The position numbers and the translations under genes are program-made. Source: Spirochaetales bacterium (lineage in GTDB: Bacteria > Spirochaetota > Spirochaetia > Treponematales > UBA12059). Taken from it: 40,093 nucleotides of DNA. Shown piece after piece: positions 8,271 through 16,698 of this stretch (the stretch's first letter is position 1; each line of letters begins with the position of its first letter). Under the pieces are notes generated by a model. The model was not told the origin of the DNA, did not search any database, and was given only the letters and a program-made list of their open reading frames with translations. The stretch spans positions 62,001 to 102,093 of the forward strand of contig JAFGJV010000048.1 in NCBI GenBank assembly GCA_016928955.1, in the 5' to 3' direction.

Positions 8271-9833
8271 ATGGCCAGGAACGACGCACCAACGGCGCGC
8301 GGCGAAGAAAGCCCAGGCGGCTTTTTCCAGCGCATCCTCGGCATGTTCGGCATGGGTGACCCTGATGCCGACAAAAAGCGCCTCATCAAGCAGCTGGGCA
8401 AGGACCTGGCCCATTCGCGCTACCGCTTCTACCGGCCCAAAACCGGCGAGGTGCTGACCGGCCTGGCCCGGTTTTTTTACGAGACCTACAAAACCGTGGC
8501 CCCTGCCCAGGTGCTCCTGACCAACGCGGCGCAGAGCGGTGTTCTCAAGTCCTTTGTCATAGAGAGTTTCCTCACCAAGGACCAGCGCGCCCTTGCCGAG
8601 CGCCTGACGGACGCGTACCTGAACACCAAGGCCGCCACCATGTCGGTCAAGGACCTCCAGGAGCTGGTCAAGCAGGACATGATCTCGTTCTTCTCCGTCT
8701 TCGACGCGGAGAAAACCAGCCAGATAGACGGCGCCTACTCCACGCTCCTGTCCTTCATCAACTTCATCAACTTTGACTACTTCTTCCTGCTCAAGAAATT
8801 CGACTCAAACATAACCGAGCGCAGCTTTACCTACGTGCCCAAATTCGACGCCATAGCGGGCGACTACGTGGCCGACGACATCCACGACTTCCTGGAGGTG
8901 TTCCTGCCCCTCAATCTGGAGGCTGACTGGAAACGCATCTTCACGGCCCTCAAGGAATACCGCAACATGGACGTTATCCAGGTTGACGCCTGGCTAAAGC
9001 TCATACCCGCCCTCAAAGACGTCAGGGCCAACGGCGTGCTCGAGCAGATCGTCCGCCACGTCAAGAAAGACCCCATGGCCACCGTTTCGCCCCGGGCCAC
9101 TGGCGAGCGCATCGTCGAGCCCTTCATCGACAAGCTCAAGAACCAGACCACCATCCTGCTCCAGAAAATAGTGCAGGAGCGTCGCTCCAACAAAATAGAG
9201 GAGCTTTCAAAGGCCGTGTTCGGCACGTCCGTGGTGGTCAGGCTCAAGAACTACACGGACAAGGCCAACGTGGTGTTCGCCAAGAAGATGCTCGGGGGCT
9301 ACACCCAGACCGCGAGCCTGAACTACCTCAAGGCATACCTGATCGACTACTTCAAGAAGGACGTGCGCGAGCTGGTGGACATACTGCTCATCCGCGGGCA
9401 ATGGTCTGCCAACGTCCAGTCCCAGCAGCTGTCGGACGGGTACCACGCCCTTTTGGACGTGTCCGACGCCATCATCCAGTTCGACGACTCCCTGGCTGAC
9501 GACGGCGACCAGGGCATGCGCCTGCGGAACGCCCTCATGAAGAGCGACAGGGACAAGGACCAGCTCAAATACGTGCGCCAGATCCTCAAGGACATCAACG
9601 ACAAGGCCCTGGCCCTGGTCAACAAGTCGGCCCTGAACATGATAGCCGTGGGTCGCCACATCAAGGGCCTCTTGGACGACCTGTCCAAGCCGCACCACGA
9701 GATACTGCTCAATTGGAAAGAAGTGGAAAACGCGTCGGCCGCCCCGATGAAGAGCGCCCTGGCAGACAACTACCGCAAGATCTATTACATGGTACAGCTC
9801 TTGCAGTATTATGTGAAAGCCGACAAGGAATAA
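8271..9833 (+). CDS. DUF5312-like conserved spirochaete protein
   Basis: 520-aa helical protein with strong codon bias. FDYFFLLKKFD and LIRGQW segments resemble the spirochaete DUF5312 family as I recall it. Confidence 0.7.
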   Translation: MARNDAPTARGEESPGGFFQRILGMFGMGDPDADKKRLIKQLGKDLAHSRYRFYRPKTGEVLTGLARFFYETYKTVAPAQVLLTNAAQSGVLKSFVIESFLTKDQRALAERLTDAYLNTKAATMSVKDLQELVKQDMISFFSVFDAEKTSQIDGAYSTLLSFINFINFDYFFLLKKFDSNITERSFTYVPKFDAIAGDYVADDIHDFLEVFLPLNLEADWKRIFTALKEYRNMDVIQVDAWLKLIPALKDVRANGVLEQIVRHVKKDPMATVSPRATGERIVEPFIDKLKNQTTILLQKIVQERRSNKIEELSKAVFGTSVVVRLKNYTDKANVVFAKKMLGGYTQTASLNYLKAYLIDYFKKDVRELVDILLIRGQWSANVQSQQLSDGYHALLDVSDAIIQFDDSLADDGDQGMRLRNALMKSDRDKDQLKYVRQILKDINDKALALVNKSALNMIAVGRHIKGLLDDLSKPHHEILLNWKEVENASAAPMKSALADNYRKIYYMVQLLQYYVKADKE

Positions 9834-9937
9834 ACCGCGCGCGCCACGTGCGGCCCGCGAGTTTGGCCACGCCGGGTGCCACGGGCTCCGGCGCGTACGA
9901 CGTCCCCGGCACAACGATTCAACAGGAAGTCAACCGC

Positions 9938-11656
9938 ATGAAATTGGTGCTTGCAGCTTTCAAGCCTCACGCCCTTGCCGTGTTCGCGGTCATTGGGCTG
10001 GTCCTGGCCAGGGCCATGAGCGAACTGGCCCTGCCCCGCGTGCTCGGCCTGATCGTGGACAAGGGCATAGCCCTGGGTGACACAGCATACATCCTGCGCA
10101 TGGGTGCCATCATGCTGGGGGTAAACCTGGTGGGCATGGTCTGCGCCTTCGGGTCTGCCTACCTGAGCGCCAGGGTGGCCACCGACGTGGGCTCCAGCAT
10201 ACGCCGGAACCTGTTCCGGCGCGTCACGTCGTTCAGCCCCTCTGACATGGACGCCTTCGGAGCGTCCAGCCTGATCACCCGGGTGACCAACGACGTTGGG
10301 CAGGTGCAGAACCTGTCCATGATGTCGCTCAGGCTCATGGTCATGGCGCCCCTCATGATGGTCGGCGGCATAGTCATGGCGCTGAGCCAGGACCTCAGGC
10401 TGTCGTCCGTCCTCATCGTTGCCCTGCCCCTCCTGGCCGTTATGGTGGCCGTCTTCGGGCGCGTCAGCATGCCATTGTTCAGCTCCATGCAGGAACGCAC
10501 GGACGGCCTGGCCCGCGTGGTGCGCGAGAACCTGTCCGGGCTCAGGGTGATACGCGCCTTCAACCGTCGACAGCGGGAGGAAACCCGCTTTGCCAAGGCC
10601 AACGCCGACCTTGCCGAGCTGGGCATACGGGCCGGGCGACTCATGGGCCTGCTTATGCCTCTCATGTCGCTCCTGCTCAACGTGGCCGTGGTAGCCGTGC
10701 TGTGGATGGGCGCCATACGGGTAAACGCTGGCACCGTCCAGGTTGGCTCGCTCCTGGCCTTCACGCAGTACCTCAGCCAGATTCTTTTTTCCCTCCTCAT
10801 GATATCCATGCTGTTCGTCATGATACCCAGGGCCGCAGTATCCGTTCGCCGCATCAACGAGGTGATGGAACGCCAGCCCGGGATCAGGGACGACGAAAGC
10901 GCCTGCGCCCTGCCCGCGGGCCGCGACATCGTGTTCTCCGGCGTAAGCATGCGCTACCACGGCGCCGAGGAGCCAGCCCTTCTGGACGTGAGCTTTTCCT
11001 GCGAACCGGGGGAATTCGTGGCCATCATTGGAAGCACCGGCGCCGGGAAATCCACCGTGCTGTCCCTCATCATGAGGTTCCACGAGGCGGAAACAGGGTC
11101 CATAAGCCTCGGCGGCGTGGATATCCGGAAACTGCCCCAGTCAGGACTCCGTTCGCTGATCGGCTACGTGCCGCAGAAAACCTTCCTGTTCTCCGGCACG
11201 GTGGCGTCAAACGTTGGCTACGGAGGCCGGCAGGACCAGGTGGCAGATGCGCTGGACGTGGCCCAGGCCAGGGAGTTCGTGGACCAGCTGGACGGAGCTA
11301 CAGAAGCAGTCGTCGAGCGCGGTGGAACCAATCTTTCCGGCGGCCAGCGCCAGCGCCTGGCCATTGCGCGGGCCCTCGCCCGGCGTCCGGACATATACCT
11401 TTTGGACGACTCGTTCTCCGCGCTGGACGCGCGCACGGAGAGCAGGCTGCGAGCAGCCTTCAAAGCCAGGGCCGCGGGCAGCGTGGTGATCATGGCAACG
11501 CAGAGGGTACGAAGCGCCATGCACGCGGACAAGGTGATCGTGCTGGACGAAGGACGTGTCGTGGGCATCGGCACCCACGAGGAACTCACGGCGTCCAATC
11601 CTGTGTACCGTGAGCTGGCTGGAACCCAGAACGAGGAGGCCCGCCATGGCGCGTGA
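9938..11656 (+). CDS. ABC exporter, fused permease/ATPase, degenerate-site subunit (TM287/EfrA-like)
   Basis: TM domain, Walker A GSTGAGKS and signature LSGGQRQR. Non-canonical Walker B LLDDS and switch TQR. Start ATG 9938. Confidence 0.92.
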   Translation: MKLVLAAFKPHALAVFAVIGLVLARAMSELALPRVLGLIVDKGIALGDTAYILRMGAIMLGVNLVGMVCAFGSAYLSARVATDVGSSIRRNLFRRVTSFSPSDMDAFGASSLITRVTNDVGQVQNLSMMSLRLMVMAPLMMVGGIVMALSQDLRLSSVLIVALPLLAVMVAVFGRVSMPLFSSMQERTDGLARVVRENLSGLRVIRAFNRRQREETRFAKANADLAELGIRAGRLMGLLMPLMSLLLNVAVVAVLWMGAIRVNAGTVQVGSLLAFTQYLSQILFSLLMISMLFVMIPRAAVSVRRINEVMERQPGIRDDESACALPAGRDIVFSGVSMRYHGAEEPALLDVSFSCEPGEFVAIIGSTGAGKSTVLSLIMRFHEAETGSISLGGVDIRKLPQSGLRSLIGYVPQKTFLFSGTVASNVGYGGRQDQVADALDVAQAREFVDQLDGATEAVVERGGTNLSGGQRQRLAIARALARRPDIYLLDDSFSALDARTESRLRAAFKARAAGSVVIMATQRVRSAMHADKVIVLDEGRVVGIGTHEELTASNPVYRELAGTQNEEARHGA

Positions 11657-13538
11657 ACACGTCGGTCCGCAGGACCGCCAGCGGAACGCCCCTGAGGCGG
11701 CCGGGAGACACGGGGCCTTTGGCGGCAGGCGGGGCATGGGAGCCGGGCCCGGAGCGGCTCTGGCGGCCCCCGTGGAAAAAGCCAAAGACGCCCGCGGCAC
11801 CCTACGCCGCCTGGCCCATTTTCTCAAGCCCCGGGCGGGAACCTTCCTTGCCCTGATACCCCTGAGCGCCATGGCGTCCGTATTCGGCATAGCCGCGCCG
11901 CGCGTGATGGCCCTGGCCGTGGACGAGCTGTTCCGCGCCGCCACCGGAGGAGCCGGTCAGGCAGGCGTGAACCTGAGCCTGGTAGCGCTGGTACTGGCCT
12001 CCCTGGCGGGCTTGTACCTGCTTGGCGCCCTGTTCCAGTACCTGGTCGCCTTTATCATGGCCGGCCTGTCCCAGGCCACCACCCGCGACCTCCGCAACCG
12101 CGTGATGGCCAAGCTCCACAAACTGCCCATAGGCTGGTTCGACAGACACAGCCGAGGGGATGTCCTTTCCAGGGTGACCAACGATCTGGACACCGTGGCC
12201 AGCACGCTCCAGCAAGGCCTTGCCGAGCTTCTGGGCGCTTCGGTGTCCATGATAGGCGTGCTGGTCATGATGCTGATCATGAGCCCGGCCATGACGGCTA
12301 TCACCGTGCTGGTGCTGCCCCTGAGCATCCTGGTGACGCGGGCCATAACCACCCGCTCCCGCCCGCATTTCATGCGCCAGCAGAAGCACCTGGGCGAGAT
12401 CAACGGCCACGCCGAGGAAATGATATCCGGCCACAGCGTGATCAAGGCCTACGGCGGGGAAGCCGGATCAATCGAGCGCTTTGAGGAGCTGGACAACCAG
12501 CTCAGGGACGCAGGGCTCAAGGCCAACTTCATTTCCGGCCTCATCATGCCGCTCATGCACGTGGTGAACAACATAGGCTACATCATGGTGGCGGTGGCAG
12601 GCGGCGCCATGGCAAGCACGGGCGCCCTGAGCATAGGCGGCATCCAGGCGTTCATACAGTACGCCAAGCAGTTCGGCCAGCCCATCGTGCAGATATCCCA
12701 GATCATCAACATAATCCAGTCCACCCTGGCCGCCGCCGAGCGCGTGTTCGAGATCCTGGACGAACCCGAGGAAAGGCCCGACCCCGAACGTCCGGCCTTC
12801 CCTGAGCAGCTGCGCGGGGAAGTGCGCATACGGGACCTCTGCTTCTCGTACGATCCCGGGCAGAACCTCATGAAGCACCTGAACGTGCTGGTGCAGCCTG
12901 GCCGCTCGGCCGCCATCGTAGGACCCACGGGCGCCGGCAAGACCACCCTGGTAAACCTGCTCATGCGCTTTTACGAGCTGGACGGCGGGTCCATCCTGGT
13001 AGACGACGTGGACATAGCGGACATGGGACGCGAACGCCTGCGCTCCGTGTTCGGCATGGTCCTGCAGGATACCTGGCTGTTCCGCGGCAGCATCCGCGAC
13101 AACATAGCCTACGGCAAGGACGGGGCAACCGACAACGAGGTCATACAGGCGGCCACGGCCGCCCAGGCCGACCATTTCATACGCACCCTGCCGGAAGGCT
13201 ACGACACCCTCTTAAACGAGGAAGGCTCCAACCTGTCCGAGGGCCAGCGCCAGCTCGTGACCATAGCGCGCGCCTTCCTGGCCGATCCCGCCATACTCAT
13301 CCTGGACGAGGCTACCAGCAGCGTGGACACGCGCACTGAGGTGCACATACAGAAAGCCATGCGGGAAATCCTCAAGGGGCGGACCAGCTTCATCATAGCC
13401 CACAGGCTGTCCACCATACGCGACGCCGACGTCATCCTGGTCATGGACAAAGGCGCCATCGTGGAGACCGGCACCCACGAGGAGCTCCTGGAGGCAGGCG
13501 GCTTCTACGACAGCCTGTACCGCAGCCAGTTTGCCTGA
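11646..13538 (+). CDS. ABC exporter, fused permease/ATPase, consensus subunit (TM288/EfrB-like)
   Basis: GPTGAGKT, LSEGQRQ, ILDEATS and AHRLST motifs. GGAGG SD before ATG 11646. Overlaps the upstream partner. Confidence 0.93.
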   Translation: MAREHVGPQDRQRNAPEAAGRHGAFGGRRGMGAGPGAALAAPVEKAKDARGTLRRLAHFLKPRAGTFLALIPLSAMASVFGIAAPRVMALAVDELFRAATGGAGQAGVNLSLVALVLASLAGLYLLGALFQYLVAFIMAGLSQATTRDLRNRVMAKLHKLPIGWFDRHSRGDVLSRVTNDLDTVASTLQQGLAELLGASVSMIGVLVMMLIMSPAMTAITVLVLPLSILVTRAITTRSRPHFMRQQKHLGEINGHAEEMISGHSVIKAYGGEAGSIERFEELDNQLRDAGLKANFISGLIMPLMHVVNNIGYIMVAVAGGAMASTGALSIGGIQAFIQYAKQFGQPIVQISQIINIIQSTLAAAERVFEILDEPEERPDPERPAFPEQLRGEVRIRDLCFSYDPGQNLMKHLNVLVQPGRSAAIVGPTGAGKTTLVNLLMRFYELDGGSILVDDVDIADMGRERLRSVFGMVLQDTWLFRGSIRDNIAYGKDGATDNEVIQAATAAQADHFIRTLPEGYDTLLNEEGSNLSEGQRQLVTIARAFLADPAILILDEATSSVDTRTEVHIQKAMREILKGRTSFIIAHRLSTIRDADVILVMDKGAIVETGTHEELLEAGGFYDSLYRSQFA

Positions 13539-13552
13539 CGCGACGGCCGCGG

Positions 13553-14842
13553 CTACCGGGCGGCGTCCTTGTCGTCTATGAACGCCTCAACCTGCGGCCT
13601 GAGGCGTTCGCCCACCCTGCAGCGTATGATGGACGCCTGGCCGTCGTGGTCCTCGGACAGGACGGCTCCCTGGCTGTACAGCAGGGACACCAGGTCGTAG
13701 CGCTCGGGCGGCACGCGCAGGGTCAGTTCGCCGCGCTCGCCCTCTATGGCGTCGACAATGGCCGAACGGAGCTCGTCTAGGCCCTCGCCGGTAGGCACGG
13801 ACGTGAACACGGCCCGCTCGTGGCGCACCGCCAGGAAATTCATGACATTGCGGTCGGGCAGCTTGTCTATCTTGTTGTAGACCACGACCGACTTGGACAG
13901 GTCCGCGCCTATGCTGGACAGCACCTCGCAGGTGGTTTTCCAGTGCTTGTCGGACTCCGGGTCGGACGCGTCCAGCACGTGGACCAGGAGGTCCGCGCCG
14001 GCCGCTTCCTCGAGCGTCGCCTTGAACGCCTCCACCAGGCCATGCGGCAGATTGCGGACAAAGCCAACCGTGTCCGTAAGAAGCACCGGCCCGTGCTTGC
14101 CCTCCAGCCGCCTGGTCGTGGGGTCCAGGGTGGCAAAGAGCTTGTCCTCCGCCAGCACCTGGGCCCTGGACAGGGCGTTGAGCAGGGACGACTTGCCGGC
14201 GTTGGTGTAGCCGACGATGGCCGCCCTCGGCAGGGTCAGCCGTTCGCGCCTCCTGCGCTGGGTGTCGCGGCTTTTACGCACGTCCTTGAGCTCTTCCTTG
14301 ATGTCGCGGATGCGTTCGGATATGGCCCGCCTGTCCAGCTCTATCTTCTGCTCGCCGGAGCCCTTGGTGCCGTAGCGGCCGCCGCGCTGGCGGTGCAGGT
14401 CCTCGTACGAGTGCGTAAGGCGCGGCAGGGCGTACTGAAGGCGCGCCAGCTCAACCTGGAGGGACGCCTCGCGCGTGTGGGCCCGGCCGGCAAAGATCTT
14501 GATGATCAGTTCCGAACGGTCATACACGGACAGGCCGGACAGCTTCTCCCAGTTTCTCTGCTGGACGGGCGACAAAGGCGTGTCGAAGATGATTGAGTCC
14601 GCGTCAGCCGCCTTGGCCGCCTGCGTAATTTCGTCGGCCTTGCCTGAACCCAAAAGCAGCGCCGCCGTCCGCTCGCGCAGGGGCACGACCATGCTGCCGA
14701 CCACTTCTATGCCCTGGGTGTCGGCCAGGCTGGCCAGTTCTCGGATGAGACTGTCGGCCTCGGGCGCCTGTACGGTCTGGTCGCGCACACCGACCAGGAA
14801 GGCCCGCTCCGGGCGGGCAGCCGTTTCATGCATTTCACTCAC
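13553..14842 (-). CDS. hflX: GTPase HflX
   Basis: GSGK, LSPVQQRNWE, FAGRAHTRE, QVELARLQY-LPRL, GYTNAGKS, LFATLDPT, DTVGF and NKID motifs. Start is GTG 14842 or ATG 14833. Confidence 0.95.
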   Translation of the reverse strand: MSEMHETAARPERAFLVGVRDQTVQAPEADSLIRELASLADTQGIEVVGSMVVPLRERTAALLLGSGKADEITQAAKAADADSIIFDTPLSPVQQRNWEKLSGLSVYDRSELIIKIFAGRAHTREASLQVELARLQYALPRLTHSYEDLHRQRGGRYGTKGSGEQKIELDRRAISERIRDIKEELKDVRKSRDTQRRRRERLTLPRAAIVGYTNAGKSSLLNALSRAQVLAEDKLFATLDPTTRRLEGKHGPVLLTDTVGFVRNLPHGLVEAFKATLEEAAGADLLVHVLDASDPESDKHWKTTCEVLSSIGADLSKSVVVYNKIDKLPDRNVMNFLAVRHERAVFTSVPTGEGLDELRSAIVDAIEGERGELTLRVPPERYDLVSLLYSQGAVLSEDHDGQASIIRCRVGERLRPQVEAFIDDKDAAR

Positions 14843-14849
14843 AGTAGGG

Positions 14850-14878
14850 ATGATACCCGCCAGGCTCCCCGTGGTCGA
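14850..14878 (-). promoter_or_regulatory. Putative promoter of hflX, leaderless configuration
   Basis: TCGACC(14878-14873)-17-TATCAT(14855-14850), 7 nt before GTG 14842. Confidence 0.45.
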
Positions 14879-14927
14879 GGGGCCAGCTCGCTTGGAAGCG
14901 ACTTGTACCCTTAAAAACCCCCTTTGA

Positions 14928-14957
14928 TTGCCCAGGAAAGCCCGGAGGTGGTACAAT
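14928..14957 (+). promoter_or_regulatory. Putative sigma70 promoter of the aminotransferase operon
   Basis: TTGCCC(14928-14933)-18-TACAAT(14952-14957) with an extended TG. AGGAGG SD follows at ~14971. Confidence 0.6.
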
Positions 14958-14983
14958 GGGCCGTCCCAAAAGGAGGGATATCC

Positions 14984-16339
14984 ATGTCTCTTTCGTTGAG
15001 CGATATAGGCAAAGCCGTCCTTGAAACCGAGTATGCCGTGCGCGGCCCCATCGTCGCCCGGGCCCAGGAGCTGGAGCGGTCCGGCAAGCGTATTGTGTAC
15101 TGCAATATCGGCAATCCCCAGGCCCTTGGCCAGAAGCCCCTGTCCTGGGTGCGCCGCATCCTTGCCCTGTCTGAGTTTCCCGCCCTGGCCCAGCTGGCTC
15201 CCGGCGCTTTTCCCGCAGACGCGGTCGAGGAGGCCCACCGCCTGATTGAGGGCAGCAAGCACGGACTGGGCGCCTATTCCGAAAGCAAGGGCGTCCGCTT
15301 CATACGGGAAGCCGTGGCCCAGTTCATCCGCGAGCGCGACGGCATAGACGCCGATCCCGATTCCATATACCTGACCGACGGGGCGTCCAAGGGCGTCCAG
15401 GCGGCGCTGCGCATGCTCATATCCGGGCCCCAGGACGGCATCATGGTGCCCATACCCCAGTACCCCCTCTACTCCGCCACCATCACCCTGTACGAGGGCA
15501 AGCAGGTCAACTACTACCTGGACGAGCACAACGGCTGGAAGCTGTCGCGCCAGATGCTGGAGGAGTCCATAGCCGAGGCCAAGCGCTTTGGCGTCAGGGT
15601 CAAGGGCCTGGTGGTCATCAACCCCGGCAACCCCACGGGCTCCGTGCTGGACGCGGACAACATAGCCATGATCGTGGACTTTGCCCGGGAACACGGACTG
15701 ACCATCCTGGCCGACGAGGTGTACCAGGAAAACGTGTACAGGCAGGGCGAGCGCTTTGTGTCCTTTGCCAAGGTGATGCACGACAAGGGCGAGACCGATG
15801 TGTCCCTGTTCAGCTTCCATTCCACCAGCAAGGGCTTTTTGGGCGAGTGCGGCCACCGCGGCGGCTATTTCGAGATACGGAACATCCCGGCGGACGTGTC
15901 CGCCCAGCTGCTCAAGCTGCAGTCCGTGAGCCTGTGCGCGAGCCTGCCCGGCCAGGTGACCGTGTACTGCATGGTGCGCCCGCCCAAGCCCGGCAGCCCG
16001 AGTCACGACGAGTACGCGCGCGAGCGGGACGGCATCCTGGGCGAGCTCAAAAAGCGGGCGCGCCTGGTGGCCGACGGCCTCAACTCCATACCCGGCGTGG
16101 CCTGCAACGAGGTGGCCGGCGCGATGTACGCCTTCCCGCGCATCGAACTGCCCGCGGGCAAGACTGACTCGGAGTGGTGCATGGCCCTCCTTGAGGCTGA
16201 AGGCATCTGCGTGGTGCCCGGCTCAGGGTTCGGCCAGATACCCGGCACGGCCCATTTCCGCACGACCATACTGCCGCCCACGGACCAATTGGCCGATGTG
16301 GTGGACAAGATAGCCCGTTTCCACGCGTCGTACCGCTGA
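14984..16339 (+). CDS. Class I/II PLP aminotransferase, alanine aminotransferase (ALT/GPT)-like
   Basis: EYAVRGPI, NIGNPQALGQ, PIPQYPLYSA, INPGNPTG, ADEVYQEN, HSTSKG (PLP Lys), ECGHRGGY and VPGSGFGQ motifs. Strong SD. Confidence 0.92.
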   Translation: MSLSLSDIGKAVLETEYAVRGPIVARAQELERSGKRIVYCNIGNPQALGQKPLSWVRRILALSEFPALAQLAPGAFPADAVEEAHRLIEGSKHGLGAYSESKGVRFIREAVAQFIRERDGIDADPDSIYLTDGASKGVQAALRMLISGPQDGIMVPIPQYPLYSATITLYEGKQVNYYLDEHNGWKLSRQMLEESIAEAKRFGVRVKGLVVINPGNPTGSVLDADNIAMIVDFAREHGLTILADEVYQENVYRQGERFVSFAKVMHDKGETDVSLFSFHSTSKGFLGECGHRGGYFEIRNIPADVSAQLLKLQSVSLCASLPGQVTVYCMVRPPKPGSPSHDEYARERDGILGELKKRARLVADGLNSIPGVACNEVAGAMYAFPRIELPAGKTDSEWCMALLEAEGICVVPGSGFGQIPGTAHFRTTILPPTDQLADVVDKIARFHASYR

Positions 16340-16368
16340 CGCGCAAGGAGCCTACAAGGAGCACGTTT

Positions 16369-16647
16369 ATGGAATACAGAGCAAGCCACATCCTGGTCAA
16401 AGACAGGACCCTGGCCCAGGACCTGGTGCGCAGGGCCAAGCAGGGCGCAGACTTTGCCAGCCTGGCGCGGGAGCATTCCACCTGTCCGTCAAAATCGTCG
16501 GGCGGCGACCTGGGCTGGTTCGGCCCAGGCAAGATGGTCCAGCCTTTTGAGTACGCCTGCAAGAACCTGGGCGTAGGCTCCATTTCAGACGTGGTGCAGA
16601 CCCAGTTCGGCTACCACGTGATCAAACTCACCGGCAAGCGGGACTGA
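16369..16647 (+). CDS. ppiC: Parvulin-type peptidyl-prolyl cis-trans isomerase
   Basis: 92 aa with ASHILV, FASLAREHSTCPS, GGDLGWF, MVQPFE and TQFGYHVI. AAGGAG SD. Confidence 0.93.
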   Translation: MEYRASHILVKDRTLAQDLVRRAKQGADFASLAREHSTCPSKSSGGDLGWFGPGKMVQPFEYACKNLGVGSISDVVQTQFGYHVIKLTGKRD

Positions 16648-16698
16648 CCGAAACCCCTGCGGCCCGCGTACCCGCGTCCACCTTTTAAGGAGACCAGC

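Noticed and set aside
9938..13538. Non-canonical Walker B, switch and signature residues in the ABC pair
   Set aside because: This is the well-known degenerate nucleotide site of heterodimeric exporters, so neither novel nor a pseudogene.
14843..16006. Apparent 390-aa N-terminal extension of HflX (817-aa ORF)
   Set aside because: The extension is the antisense frame of the aminotransferase. HflX homology and a promoter place the start at 14842/14833.
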